26,522 nucleotides of DNA. Source: Calditrichia bacterium. Its GTDB lineage: Bacteria > Calditrichota > Calditrichia > RBG-13-44-9. Shown here one piece after another: positions 1 through 6,883 of the stretch (positions within the stretch are counted from its first letter, which is position 1; each line of letters starts with the position of its first letter). Both the position numbers and the translations under genes were made by a program. Below the pieces are notes generated by a model. It ran no database searches. It worked only from the letters and a program-made list of their open reading frames with translations, and was not told where the DNA came from. The stretch lies in NCBI GenBank assembly GCA_037381445.1, contig JARRQT010000053.1, forward strand, positions 1 to 26,522, written 5' to 3'.

Positions 1-31
1 AAAACCGGAATTATCTATTGATAGGTCAGGT

Positions 32-340
32 TTATCCCACCAGGCGGGTCTTCAGGTAATGAAAGCGTAGGAAATCTTCCCGGGAGAGGGAGATAACATA
101 GGCCAGTTCCCGCGTGGTGTATACCGGGCAGTCCGCGTTGACCTGCTCGGAATCCGGAAATTCCGGGTTGACAAAGCACAGTTCACTCTCCAGTGCATTG
201 CTGTACACCCGCACCATATCCCGTTCGCCCTGCAGCAGCTCATAAAGTTTGAGCAGCAGATCGGTATCCAGAGAAATATGGCTATCGGATTTGGCCCGCT
301 GCCGGCCGCGCCTGGCGGTTTTTTGAATGACGGCTTCCAT
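32..340 (-). CDS. Hypothetical protein (102 aa), last visible gene co-oriented with the lexA cluster
   Basis: ATG ORF preceded by an AGGA-type RBS (aggaaaacaccATG); globular-looking composition; no family recognised with confidence. Confidence 0.7.
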   Translation of the reverse strand: MEAVIQKTARRGRQRAKSDSHISLDTDLLLKLYELLQGERDMVRVYSNALESELCFVNPEFPDSEQVNADCPVYTTRELAYVISLSREDFLRFHYLKTRLVG

Positions 341-460
341 GGTGTTTTCCTTTATATTTTAATAATTTTTTGATCTTGTCGTTGTTTTTGTTGCGCGGCC
401 ATCGCCGCAATTGTTCATATATAGTGCCTGCATCCGTTTCCGGCGCTTTTTTCAATCACT

Positions 461-715
461 TTATCCGTCCAGGCAGACCCGGGCCAGCTTCCAGGAGAAA
501 TCTGCGCCGTTGAACAATAACTCGAAACAATCGGAGCCGTCCGCCTGTACCGAGAAGTGATGATTTTGGACGCTTCCCTGGCTCTCCCGCCACTGTCCGG
601 TCACTTGCTTTACCTTATATACCCGGCCATTCCAGCGAAATTTCAGGGGAATTATTTTGCCATTCCGGAAAAGAGTGATGACTTCGATGGGTTCAAATAA
701 ATCTTCATAATACAT
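461..715 (-). CDS. Small beta-rich protein, DUF6504-like (type often found beside SOS/Y-family polymerase genes)
   Basis: 84 aa with the pattern PLKFRWNGRVYKV...W.E......HHFSV....FELLF....W.L; RBS GAGGGA 7 nt upstream. Family call by eye. Confidence 0.7.
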   Translation of the reverse strand: MYYEDLFEPIEVITLFRNGKIIPLKFRWNGRVYKVKQVTGQWRESQGSVQNHHFSVQADGSDCFELLFNGADFSWKLARVCLDG

Positions 716-783
716 CTTTCATTCCCTCGCCGGTAATGGGATTGATTTCTTTCCTGCACCGACGCGGGGACCGTTCTGCTTTT

Positions 784-984
784 TCAGGCCGGAGATGCTC
801 CGCTTTCTTCCGGATACGCCCGCGCCGGATCAGTTGCAGTGGAATAGCCTGTTTCAAATAATCGAACAGAAAAATTTCTCCGTTCGCCCATATTCATAGT
901 CGTCGCACGCTGACGGTCTGTCTTTCGGGAATCCCGTTTTTCAGGACAGCCAGCAACATCGTTCGTTTCGTATCTCTCTTTCAT
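784..984 (-). CDS. Possible small ORF (66 aa), uncertain
   Basis: ATG 10 nt after the stop of the upstream S24 gene, with GGAGG only 3 nt before the ATG; sequence looks unstructured and has no recognised motif. Confidence 0.3.
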   Translation of the reverse strand: MKERYETNDVAGCPEKRDSRKTDRQRATTMNMGERRNFSVRLFETGYSTATDPARAYPEESGASPA

Positions 985-994
985 CTGCCTCCGG

Positions 995-1438
995 TCATTT
1001 GATTTCCCGGATCACCTGCACCACCTGTCCCAGAATGCTGAAATCCGGTGTGTGGTCTTCCACGATGATGATCTGCCGGGACGGGGGATCGCACTGCAGA
1101 TGGATGCGTCCGGCCACCCGGGAATATCGCCGCACCATCTGCCGGCTTCCCAACTGCACGGCCAGGATGCAGCCCTCGGGGTAGCCGTCTTCCTTTTTGA
1201 CCACCACGTAATCCCCGGCCTTGATGTCCGCCCCCTGCATGCTGTTGTCGGTGACCGGCACCGTAAACCTGCCGGAAATGTGCTGCGAGGGATTGGTTAC
1301 CAGGTCGCCGATCTGCCGAGAGCGGTCGCCCTGCAGATCTTCCACCATGTATTCGGCGCGCGGCAGTTGAAAGAATTCCTCTTCGGTAGGCTGCATTTCC
1401 TCTTCCTCGCGCAGCTCCTGCTGATTTTTTGGTTTCAT
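995..1438 (-). CDS. S24-family (LexA/UmuD-like) peptidase-fold protein without HTH; predicted catalytically inactive
   Basis: DNSM (Ser66), I.AGDYVVV and ILGQVVQVIR match the S24 C-terminal domain. The position 37 residues after the Ser (catalytic Lys) is Arg103, and there is no Ala-Gly/Cys-Gly site upstream. Starts 7 nt after the lexA stop. Confidence 0.85.
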   Translation of the reverse strand: MKPKNQQELREEEEMQPTEEEFFQLPRAEYMVEDLQGDRSRQIGDLVTNPSQHISGRFTVPVTDNSMQGADIKAGDYVVVKKEDGYPEGCILAVQLGSRQMVRRYSRVAGRIHLQCDPPSRQIIIVEDHTPDFSILGQVVQVIREIK

Positions 1439-1445
1439 TTCACCC

Positions 1446-2063
1446 TCAATAGATATTGTCCCGAACCAGTCCGATGACCTTTCCCTGAATGCTCCACTCG
1501 CTCTGCGGGAAGATATTGGGATATGCCGGATTTTCCGCTTTCAGGAAATTCTGCCCGCTCTCGGAAATCAGGCGTTTCACGGTCACCTCGTCTTCAATCA
1601 ATGCCACCACGATTTCTCCGGACCGGGCTGTGCTGGCGGACTGCACAACCACCATATCCCCGTCCAGAATGCCGGCGTTCACCATACTGTCTCCCTGCAC
1701 CCGCAGGGCGAAGTAGCGGCCCTCGGATTTCACCAGGGTGCGCGGCAGCATCACGTAATCCTCGATGTTCTCTTCCGCCAGGATGGGATATCCGGCAGAC
1801 ACACGCCCTACCAGCGGCACCTGAGCCATATCCGGCGCGGATTGGTAGCGGGGATGCACGATGCGAATACTGCGGGCCAGCGTATCGCTGCGCTGAATAT
1901 AGCCCTTGCGCTCCAGCGCCACCAGGTGGCGGACGACCCCGTGTTTGGAAACAATACCGAAGGCGTCGGCAATGTTCTGGTAGGTGGGAGGATAGCCGTG
2001 CTCATTGGTGTATTTGGAAATAAATTCCAATACAGCCTTTTGGCGGGTGGTCAGTTCTTTCAT
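1446..2063 (-). CDS. lexA: SOS-response repressor LexA
   Basis: N-terminal winged HTH (LTTRQ..VLEFI....GYPPT...IA...HL.ALERKGYI), cleavage site A90-G91 (VGRVSAGYP), catalytic S126 (GDSM) and K163 (VTVKRL); GGAGG RBS. Confidence 0.97.
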   Translation of the reverse strand: MKELTTRQKAVLEFISKYTNEHGYPPTYQNIADAFGIVSKHGVVRHLVALERKGYIQRSDTLARSIRIVHPRYQSAPDMAQVPLVGRVSAGYPILAEENIEDYVMLPRTLVKSEGRYFALRVQGDSMVNAGILDGDMVVVQSASTARSGEIVVALIEDEVTVKRLISESGQNFLKAENPAYPNIFPQSEWSIQGKVIGLVRDNIY

Positions 2064-2133
2064 CTTATTTCCTCCGTTTTCTCAAGAAATTTTGGTGAAA
2101 ATCTCACCTGTGCTCATCATGACTTTCATGGTA

Positions 2134-2149
2134 GTGAACACAGGTTCAC
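2134..2149. promoter_or_regulatory. Putative LexA operator (SOS box), GAAC-N4-GTTC type
   Basis: Perfect 6-bp-arm palindrome GTGAAC-acag-GTTCAC, immediately downstream of the lexA -10 element and overlapping the predicted start site. Confidence 0.85.
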
Positions 2150-2153
2150 ACAT

Positions 2154-2182
2154 ATAATAAAGAACTTTCCGGATATTGTCAA
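2154..2182 (-). promoter_or_regulatory. Sigma70-type promoter of lexA
   Basis: Minus strand TTGACA (2182-2177), 17-nt spacer, TATTAT (2159-2154). Confidence 0.8.
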
Positions 2183-2374
2183 GCATAATTTTCGAATATG
2201 GAATATTTATGTTTACTATTTTTTGGTGAACAAGGGCGGGACTGCTTTCTCCGCGAGATCAATTATTTTTGTTTTAAAAAATGAGAAACCGGTCTTCCAA
2301 ATGGAAGTATAATCGAACCGGTAATTGCAGAATAATTGAAATGCGTCGGGAAAAGAGTGAATTTCTCTAAAAAC

Positions 2375-2403
2375 TTGCATTTTCAAAATAGCGAATATAA
2401 ATT
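2375..2403 (+). promoter_or_regulatory. Candidate sigma70 promoter for the TPR lipoprotein/Bat cluster
   Basis: TTGCAT (2375-2380), 17 nt, TAAATT (2398-2403), about 35 nt upstream of the ATG at 2439; AT-rich context makes a chance match possible. Confidence 0.45.
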
Positions 2404-2438
2404 GGCGCAACTTTATTTAATTTTATTTTGGAGGACAT

Positions 2439-2873
2439 ATGAAAAAGGGAATGATTGGCTTTCTGGTTCTGCTTCTCTTCGTAATTTTTTCCGCGGGTTG
2501 TGGCAGCAAAGCGGGAGAAAAGGAATATTTTGACCTGGCCTATCAATATATGGGAAAAGAAAAATGGAGCGATGCCGAAATGGATTTCCAGAAAATTCTG
2601 GATGAGTATCCAAATGGTGTCTATTCTTCAAAAGCGCTTTTTATGATTGGATTTATTAATGCCAATTATCTGCAGAATGAGGAGAAGGCCAGAAAGTATT
2701 ACACTGAGTTCCTCGAAAAATACCCCAACCATGACCTTGCCGACGATGCAAAGTATGAGTTGGATAATCTGGGCAAAAATATAGATGATTTGCCGTTCCT
2801 GCAGGATAACAAGGCCAGCGCAGATAGTCTTTCATCCGGTTCACCCAAAAAGGTTTCGGCCTCCGTTAAATAA
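2439..2873 (+). CDS. TPR-repeat lipoprotein (BamD/YfiO- or CpoB-like TPR helices)
   Basis: Basic N-terminus, hydrophobic stretch and lipobox FSAG|C; TPR-like motifs FQKILDEYPNG..S.KALFMIG and YTEFLEKYPNH.LA.DAKYEL; GGAGGA RBS. Confidence 0.85.
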   Translation: MKKGMIGFLVLLLFVIFSAGCGSKAGEKEYFDLAYQYMGKEKWSDAEMDFQKILDEYPNGVYSSKALFMIGFINANYLQNEEKARKYYTEFLEKYPNHDLADDAKYELDNLGKNIDDLPFLQDNKASADSLSSGSPKKVSASVK

Positions 2874-2919
2874 AAAAAGTTTGAAGAATGTAGTTCAGAC
2901 CATGACTTTTGAAAATTCC

Positions 2920-2954
2920 AAAACCCTGTTTAAGCTGCATAAAACAGGGTTTTT
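2920..2954 (+). terminator. Intrinsic terminator-like hairpin (possibly bidirectional)
   Basis: AAAACCCTGTTT - 10-nt loop - AAACAGGGTTTT (12-bp inverted repeat) with an A-run on the left and T-run on the right, about 46 nt after the lipoprotein stop. Confidence 0.6.
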
Positions 2955-3031
2955 ATATGAATTTAAAAACGCAGGAACTTTATTAATTCACTCAGGTATA
3001 TTTTAACCTTTATTTTTGGAATCTGAAATAT

Positions 3032-3997
3032 ATGGACATAGCAAAACAAAAGTACATTTGGTTTTTTGCGGCATTTTTCCTGGCTATCACCCCGCTTTTT
3101 TCTCAAACACCAGATTCACTTCAAAGCAGTCCCCAACAAAACAGTCAAATTCAGTTAAAAACATTTGTGGAATCCAGCAATACGCCCTTAAACCGTCCGG
3201 TGGTGTTTCACATCGAATTATCCTGGATTGGAGAACTGAACCGCTATCAGATTGAACCCGTTTCACAGCCGGTGCTCACCAATCTGCTGCTGGAAGGGAG
3301 CGGTTCGGAAAACCGGCTTGAGCCGCTCGATAACGGTCAGTTTCGTTCCATCAAATCCATTACCTATCGCTTCAGGCCGCTGGAAATGGGGATGGCCTAT
3401 ATTGACGGGGTAGTGGTCAAATATGTAAACCGCCAAACGGGGGAAGAAGACCAGCTTTCTTCCCAGCGGGTGATGGTGGAAGTCACCGATCCTTTGCCCG
3501 AACCCGGTGGCGGAAAGGTGAAGCCGGTGATTTATATCGCCCTGCTGGTCATTTTTTTCGCGGCAATTTTCTATTTTCTGCTGCTTTTCTTCAAACGGCG
3601 GAAAGAAGCCCGGCTTCAGCCCGCGCCCGTCATACCCCTTTCGGAACAGTATTTGGACCGGCTGAGCCATGAAGTAGATCCCCGCGGGACCAATCTGAAT
3701 GAAATGACCGGAAAGCTCTCCCGCATATTCAGGGAGTATCTCGATCAGGAATTTTCTCTGCATGCCCGGGAGTCCAGTACACAGGAGATTGTGAACCAGC
3801 TCCGGGATCTGGATATGGACGAGAAGGATAAAAATAATCTGATCCGGGTACTGGAAAAACTGGATCTTTTGAAATTTGCCGGGAAGAATGTTGATCCCGC
3901 CGATTTTACTAATATTTACGGAACCATTGAAGCTTTTCTGCTGAAGCAAAAACGCAATCCGGATTCCAGCCAAGTTGAATTAAAGGAGGAGCAATGA
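3032..3997 (+). CDS. BatD-like single-pass membrane protein (Bat operon accessory protein, paralog 1)
   Basis: Signal peptide, beta-rich BatD-like exported domain, TM helix followed by KRRK, C-terminal helical domain (LSRIFREYL...ARESSTQEI...LDLLKFAG); ATGA overlap with moxR. Confidence 0.75.
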   Translation: MDIAKQKYIWFFAAFFLAITPLFSQTPDSLQSSPQQNSQIQLKTFVESSNTPLNRPVVFHIELSWIGELNRYQIEPVSQPVLTNLLLEGSGSENRLEPLDNGQFRSIKSITYRFRPLEMGMAYIDGVVVKYVNRQTGEEDQLSSQRVMVEVTDPLPEPGGGKVKPVIYIALLVIFFAAIFYFLLLFFKRRKEARLQPAPVIPLSEQYLDRLSHEVDPRGTNLNEMTGKLSRIFREYLDQEFSLHARESSTQEIVNQLRDLDMDEKDKNNLIRVLEKLDLLKFAGKNVDPADFTNIYGTIEAFLLKQKRNPDSSQVELKEEQ

Positions 3998-4983
3998 GCG
4001 TCGATATTCAAGCGATTAACGAAAAAATCCAGCGCGAAAGTGCCTTTGTCGAAAAAATAACCGGAGAAGTGGGAAAGGTCATCGTCGGGCAGAATTACAT
4101 GGTGGAGCGCCTGCTGATCGGTCTGCTGTGTAACGGCCACATCCTGTTGGAAGGTGTGCCGGGACTTGCCAAAACCATGACCGTCAAAACCATCTCTTCT
4201 GTTATTCAAACCAAATTTCAGAGAATTCAGTTTACCCCGGACCTGCTGCCGGCCGACCTTTTGGGAACTTTGATTTATAATCAGAAAACGGGCGAATTTG
4301 CCGTCCGCAAAGGCCCCATCTTTTCGAACCTTATTCTGGCGGATGAAATCAACCGTTCTCCCGCGAAAGTACAGAGCGCCCTGCTGGAAGCCATGCAGGA
4401 ACGCCAGGTTACCATCGGAGATCATACGTATTCCTTGGAGGAGCCCTTTCTGGTGATGGCCACCCAGAATCCCATTGAGCAGGAAGGGACTTATCCGCTG
4501 CCGGAAGCGCAGGTGGACCGTTTCATGCTGAAGCTGCATATCACCTATCCTCTGAAGGATGAGGAACTGCTGATCATGCAGCGCATGACTTCCGGTAATG
4601 GCGCCGCGCCCGATCCGGTGGTCACCCCCGATGATATTCTGCGGGCCCGCAAGGTAGTTAATGAAGTATATATGGATGAAAAGATCGATCGCTACATCGT
4701 GGATATTGTTTTTGCTACCCGCAATCCGGAAGAATACGGCCTGAAAGATTTGACGCCGCTGATCGCCTTCGGGGCTTCGCCGCGTGCCTCCATCAATCTG
4801 AAGCTGGCGGCCAAGGCGCACGCATTTCTGCGGCGGCGCGGATACGTTACGCCGGAAGATGTAAAGGCAATCGGCATGGATGTGCTGCGGCACCGTTTGA
4901 TTGTGACCTACGAGGCGGAAGCCGAGGAAGTTACCACGGAGGATGTGGTCCGCCGGGTTCTGAATCAGATCGAAGTGCCCTGA
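3994..4983 (+). CDS. moxR: MoxR-family AAA+ ATPase
   Basis: Walker A GVPGLAKT, RIQFTPDLLPAD, Walker B LILADEINR, ATQNPIEQEGTYPLPEAQVDRF, GASPRA. Confidence 0.96.
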   Translation: MSVDIQAINEKIQRESAFVEKITGEVGKVIVGQNYMVERLLIGLLCNGHILLEGVPGLAKTMTVKTISSVIQTKFQRIQFTPDLLPADLLGTLIYNQKTGEFAVRKGPIFSNLILADEINRSPAKVQSALLEAMQERQVTIGDHTYSLEEPFLVMATQNPIEQEGTYPLPEAQVDRFMLKLHITYPLKDEELLIMQRMTSGNGAAPDPVVTPDDILRARKVVNEVYMDEKIDRYIVDIVFATRNPEEYGLKDLTPLIAFGASPRASINLKLAAKAHAFLRRRGYVTPEDVKAIGMDVLRHRLIVTYEAEAEEVTTEDVVRRVLNQIEVP

Positions 4984-5103
4984 TACGTCAGGGACGTGCA
5001 AACAGAATACTTGTTCGTTGAATAAATCAACCTTAATTCGGGCCGCAAAACCGGATTCCGGGATTGATCGGAATTGGATAGGGCCCCTGAAGATGTATTG
5101 CTT

Positions 5104-5842
5104 ATGGAAACAAAAGAACTTCTGAAAAAAGTCAGGCAAATCGAATTGAGCATCCGCGGCGTTGTGAACGAAGTTTTTGCCGGGGAATACCATTCGGTGT
5201 TCAAGGGCCGGGGTATGGAATTCGCCGAGGTGCGCGAATACCAGCCCGGCGACGACGTCCGGACTATCGATTGGAATGTCTCCGCGCGCATGAACCATCC
5301 TTTTGTGAAGGTGTTCGACGAGGAACGAGAACTGACGGTCATGATTCTGTTTGACGCCAGTTCCTCGGAGAGTTTCGGCAGCCGCAATCAGATGAAGGGC
5401 GATGTCGCGATCGAAATTGCCGCGCTGCTCGCTTCGTCCGCCATTCGCAACAACGATAAGGTAGGTCTGGTTATTTTCAGCGATAGGATTGAAAAGTTTG
5501 TTCCGCCCCATAAGGGACGAAGGCACATCCTCCGGGTCGTGAGAGAATTGCTCTATTTTGCCACCAGCCGCGACGTGGAAAGGTCCACCCGGACCGATAT
5601 CGCGGTGGCGCTGGAATATATGAATCAGATTCTGAAGCGCCGGGCCACTGTATTTCTGATCAGCGATTTTCTGGCCGAAGGCTTCGACAAAGATCTTCAG
5701 ATCGCAAACCGTCGTAACGACCTGGTAGCCATCCGCCTGATCGATCCGCTGGAAGAACGCCTGCCCGGCGTCGGACTCCGACCAGTCCTATGTCAAACCG
5801 CTGTCACGATTTTTCCGCATGCGCGCCAGGCGATTCCACTAA
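5104..5842 (+). pseudogene. DUF58 (VWA-like) protein interrupted by an internal deletion/frameshift near 5776 (real lesion or assembly join)
   Basis: Typical DUF58 motifs (GEYHSVFKGRGMEFAEVREYQPGDDVRTIDWNVSAR, FLISDF) up to LPGVGL. The family-typical C-terminus SDQSYVKPLSRFFRMRARRFH* lies in the +1 frame at 5777-5842, and the intervening segment is absent. Confidence 0.8.
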
Positions 5843-5899
5843 ATTTGAAAAAATCGGGAACCTAACGTTTTTTTAAAAATAACCTGATAGGATTTTGAA

Positions 5900-6883
5900 A
5901 TGTTCTTGGATCAAAAAAGGCTTCTACCTGCATTGAAAAACAACTATTTATTTGCTGCTATTATTTCGCTGTCCGTGATACTGGCTGTTCTGGCCGGATG
6001 CAATTCCTCTCCCAAATCCCGGATTTCCCCGCAGAAAAAACGGGAACTGGCCAATGTCCTTTATAATCAGCAGCTATACCATCAGGCGGTGCAGGAATAT
6101 GAGGATTATCTCAAAAACTATCAGCTCGGCGAAAAAGAGCAGGCCAACATTTCCTACATGATCGCAAATATTTATTTCGACCGCCTGCAGGATTACGAAA
6201 ATGCGCTGGCCTATTATTTAAGGATAAAATATCTCTATCCCGATTCAAATCTTCGGAACGAAATCAATAAAAAAGTGGTGGAATGCCTGGAGCGCATGAA
6301 ACGGTCCACCGACGCCCGGCAGGTCATCGAGCAAACCTCGGCGCTGGACGAATCGCAGAAACCGGCCTCCAGGCCGGGGGACGTCATCGCGAAGATCGGC
6401 GATCGCCGCATCACCACCGGTGATCTGGAATATGAAATGAACAACCTGCCGGTTTATATGCGCGATCAGGTCAAGACCCGCCAGCAGAAACTTGAATTTC
6501 TTAAAAACTATATCGCCCAGGAGCTGCTCTACGACTCCGCCAAACGCCAGGGCCTGGACAAAGCCAAAGATGTGCGCGAAGGTGTTCTGCAGGCTGAGAA
6601 ATCATTGATGAGCCAGAAGCTTCTGCAGCAGGAGATTCAAAAAGAAGTCAATCTGGATAAATATTCCAATGCGGATGTGGAAGTCTATTACAAGGCTAAC
6701 AAAGATAAATATGCCGAAAAGGACAAAAACGGGAAGGTTAAGAAGGTCCCGCCCTTCAGCGAAGTGAAGGATAAGGTTGCCCAGGATTTTATACAGGAAA
6801 AACAGCAGGAAGCCTACCAGCGGCTTATTGAACGTTTGATGAAAGCGGAACAGGTTGAAATCTATGAAGCCAAGTTTAAATAA
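5900..6883 (+). CDS. Lipoprotein with N-terminal TPRs and a PrsA/SurA-like chaperone region lacking the parvulin PPIase domain
   Basis: Lipobox VLAG|C; TPR helices (YHQAVQEYEDYL, YMIANIYF..LQDYENAL.YY); then VIAKIGDRRIT...LLYDSAK.QGLD...VYYKANKDKY, joined by a short linker to PFSEVKDKV...IERLMKAEQVEI. Confidence 0.75.
   Translation: MFLDQKRLLPALKNNYLFAAIISLSVILAVLAGCNSSPKSRISPQKKRELANVLYNQQLYHQAVQEYEDYLKNYQLGEKEQANISYMIANIYFDRLQDYENALAYYLRIKYLYPDSNLRNEINKKVVECLERMKRSTDARQVIEQTSALDESQKPASRPGDVIAKIGDRRITTGDLEYEMNNLPVYMRDQVKTRQQKLEFLKNYIAQELLYDSAKRQGLDKAKDVREGVLQAEKSLMSQKLLQQEIQKEVNLDKYSNADVEVYYKANKDKYAEKDKNGKVKKVPPFSEVKDKVAQDFIQEKQQEAYQRLIERLMKAEQVEIYEAKFK

Noticed and set aside
995..2063. Prophage repressor region or mobile element
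   Set aside because: The repressor is a canonical LexA; no integrase, phage genes or att-like repeats in the window.
2216..2410. Short ORFs in the lexA/lipoprotein divergent region
   Set aside because: AT-rich promoter region; no RBS or motif support.
5004..5017. One-mismatch SOS-like box AGAAT-actt-GTTCG between moxR and DUF58
   Set aside because: One-mismatch 8-base motifs are expected by chance several times in 26 kb; flanks differ from the lexA box and no promoter is evident.
3916..5526. 536-aa antisense ORF over moxR/DUF58
   Set aside because: Shadow of well-supported plus-strand genes; long antisense frames are common with this codon bias, and it has no recognisable motifs.
5777..5865. 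Programmed ribosomal frameshifting as the explanation for the DUF58 (or aroC) break
   Set aside because: No slippery heptamer at either junction, and conserved sequence is missing, which a frameshift could not restore.
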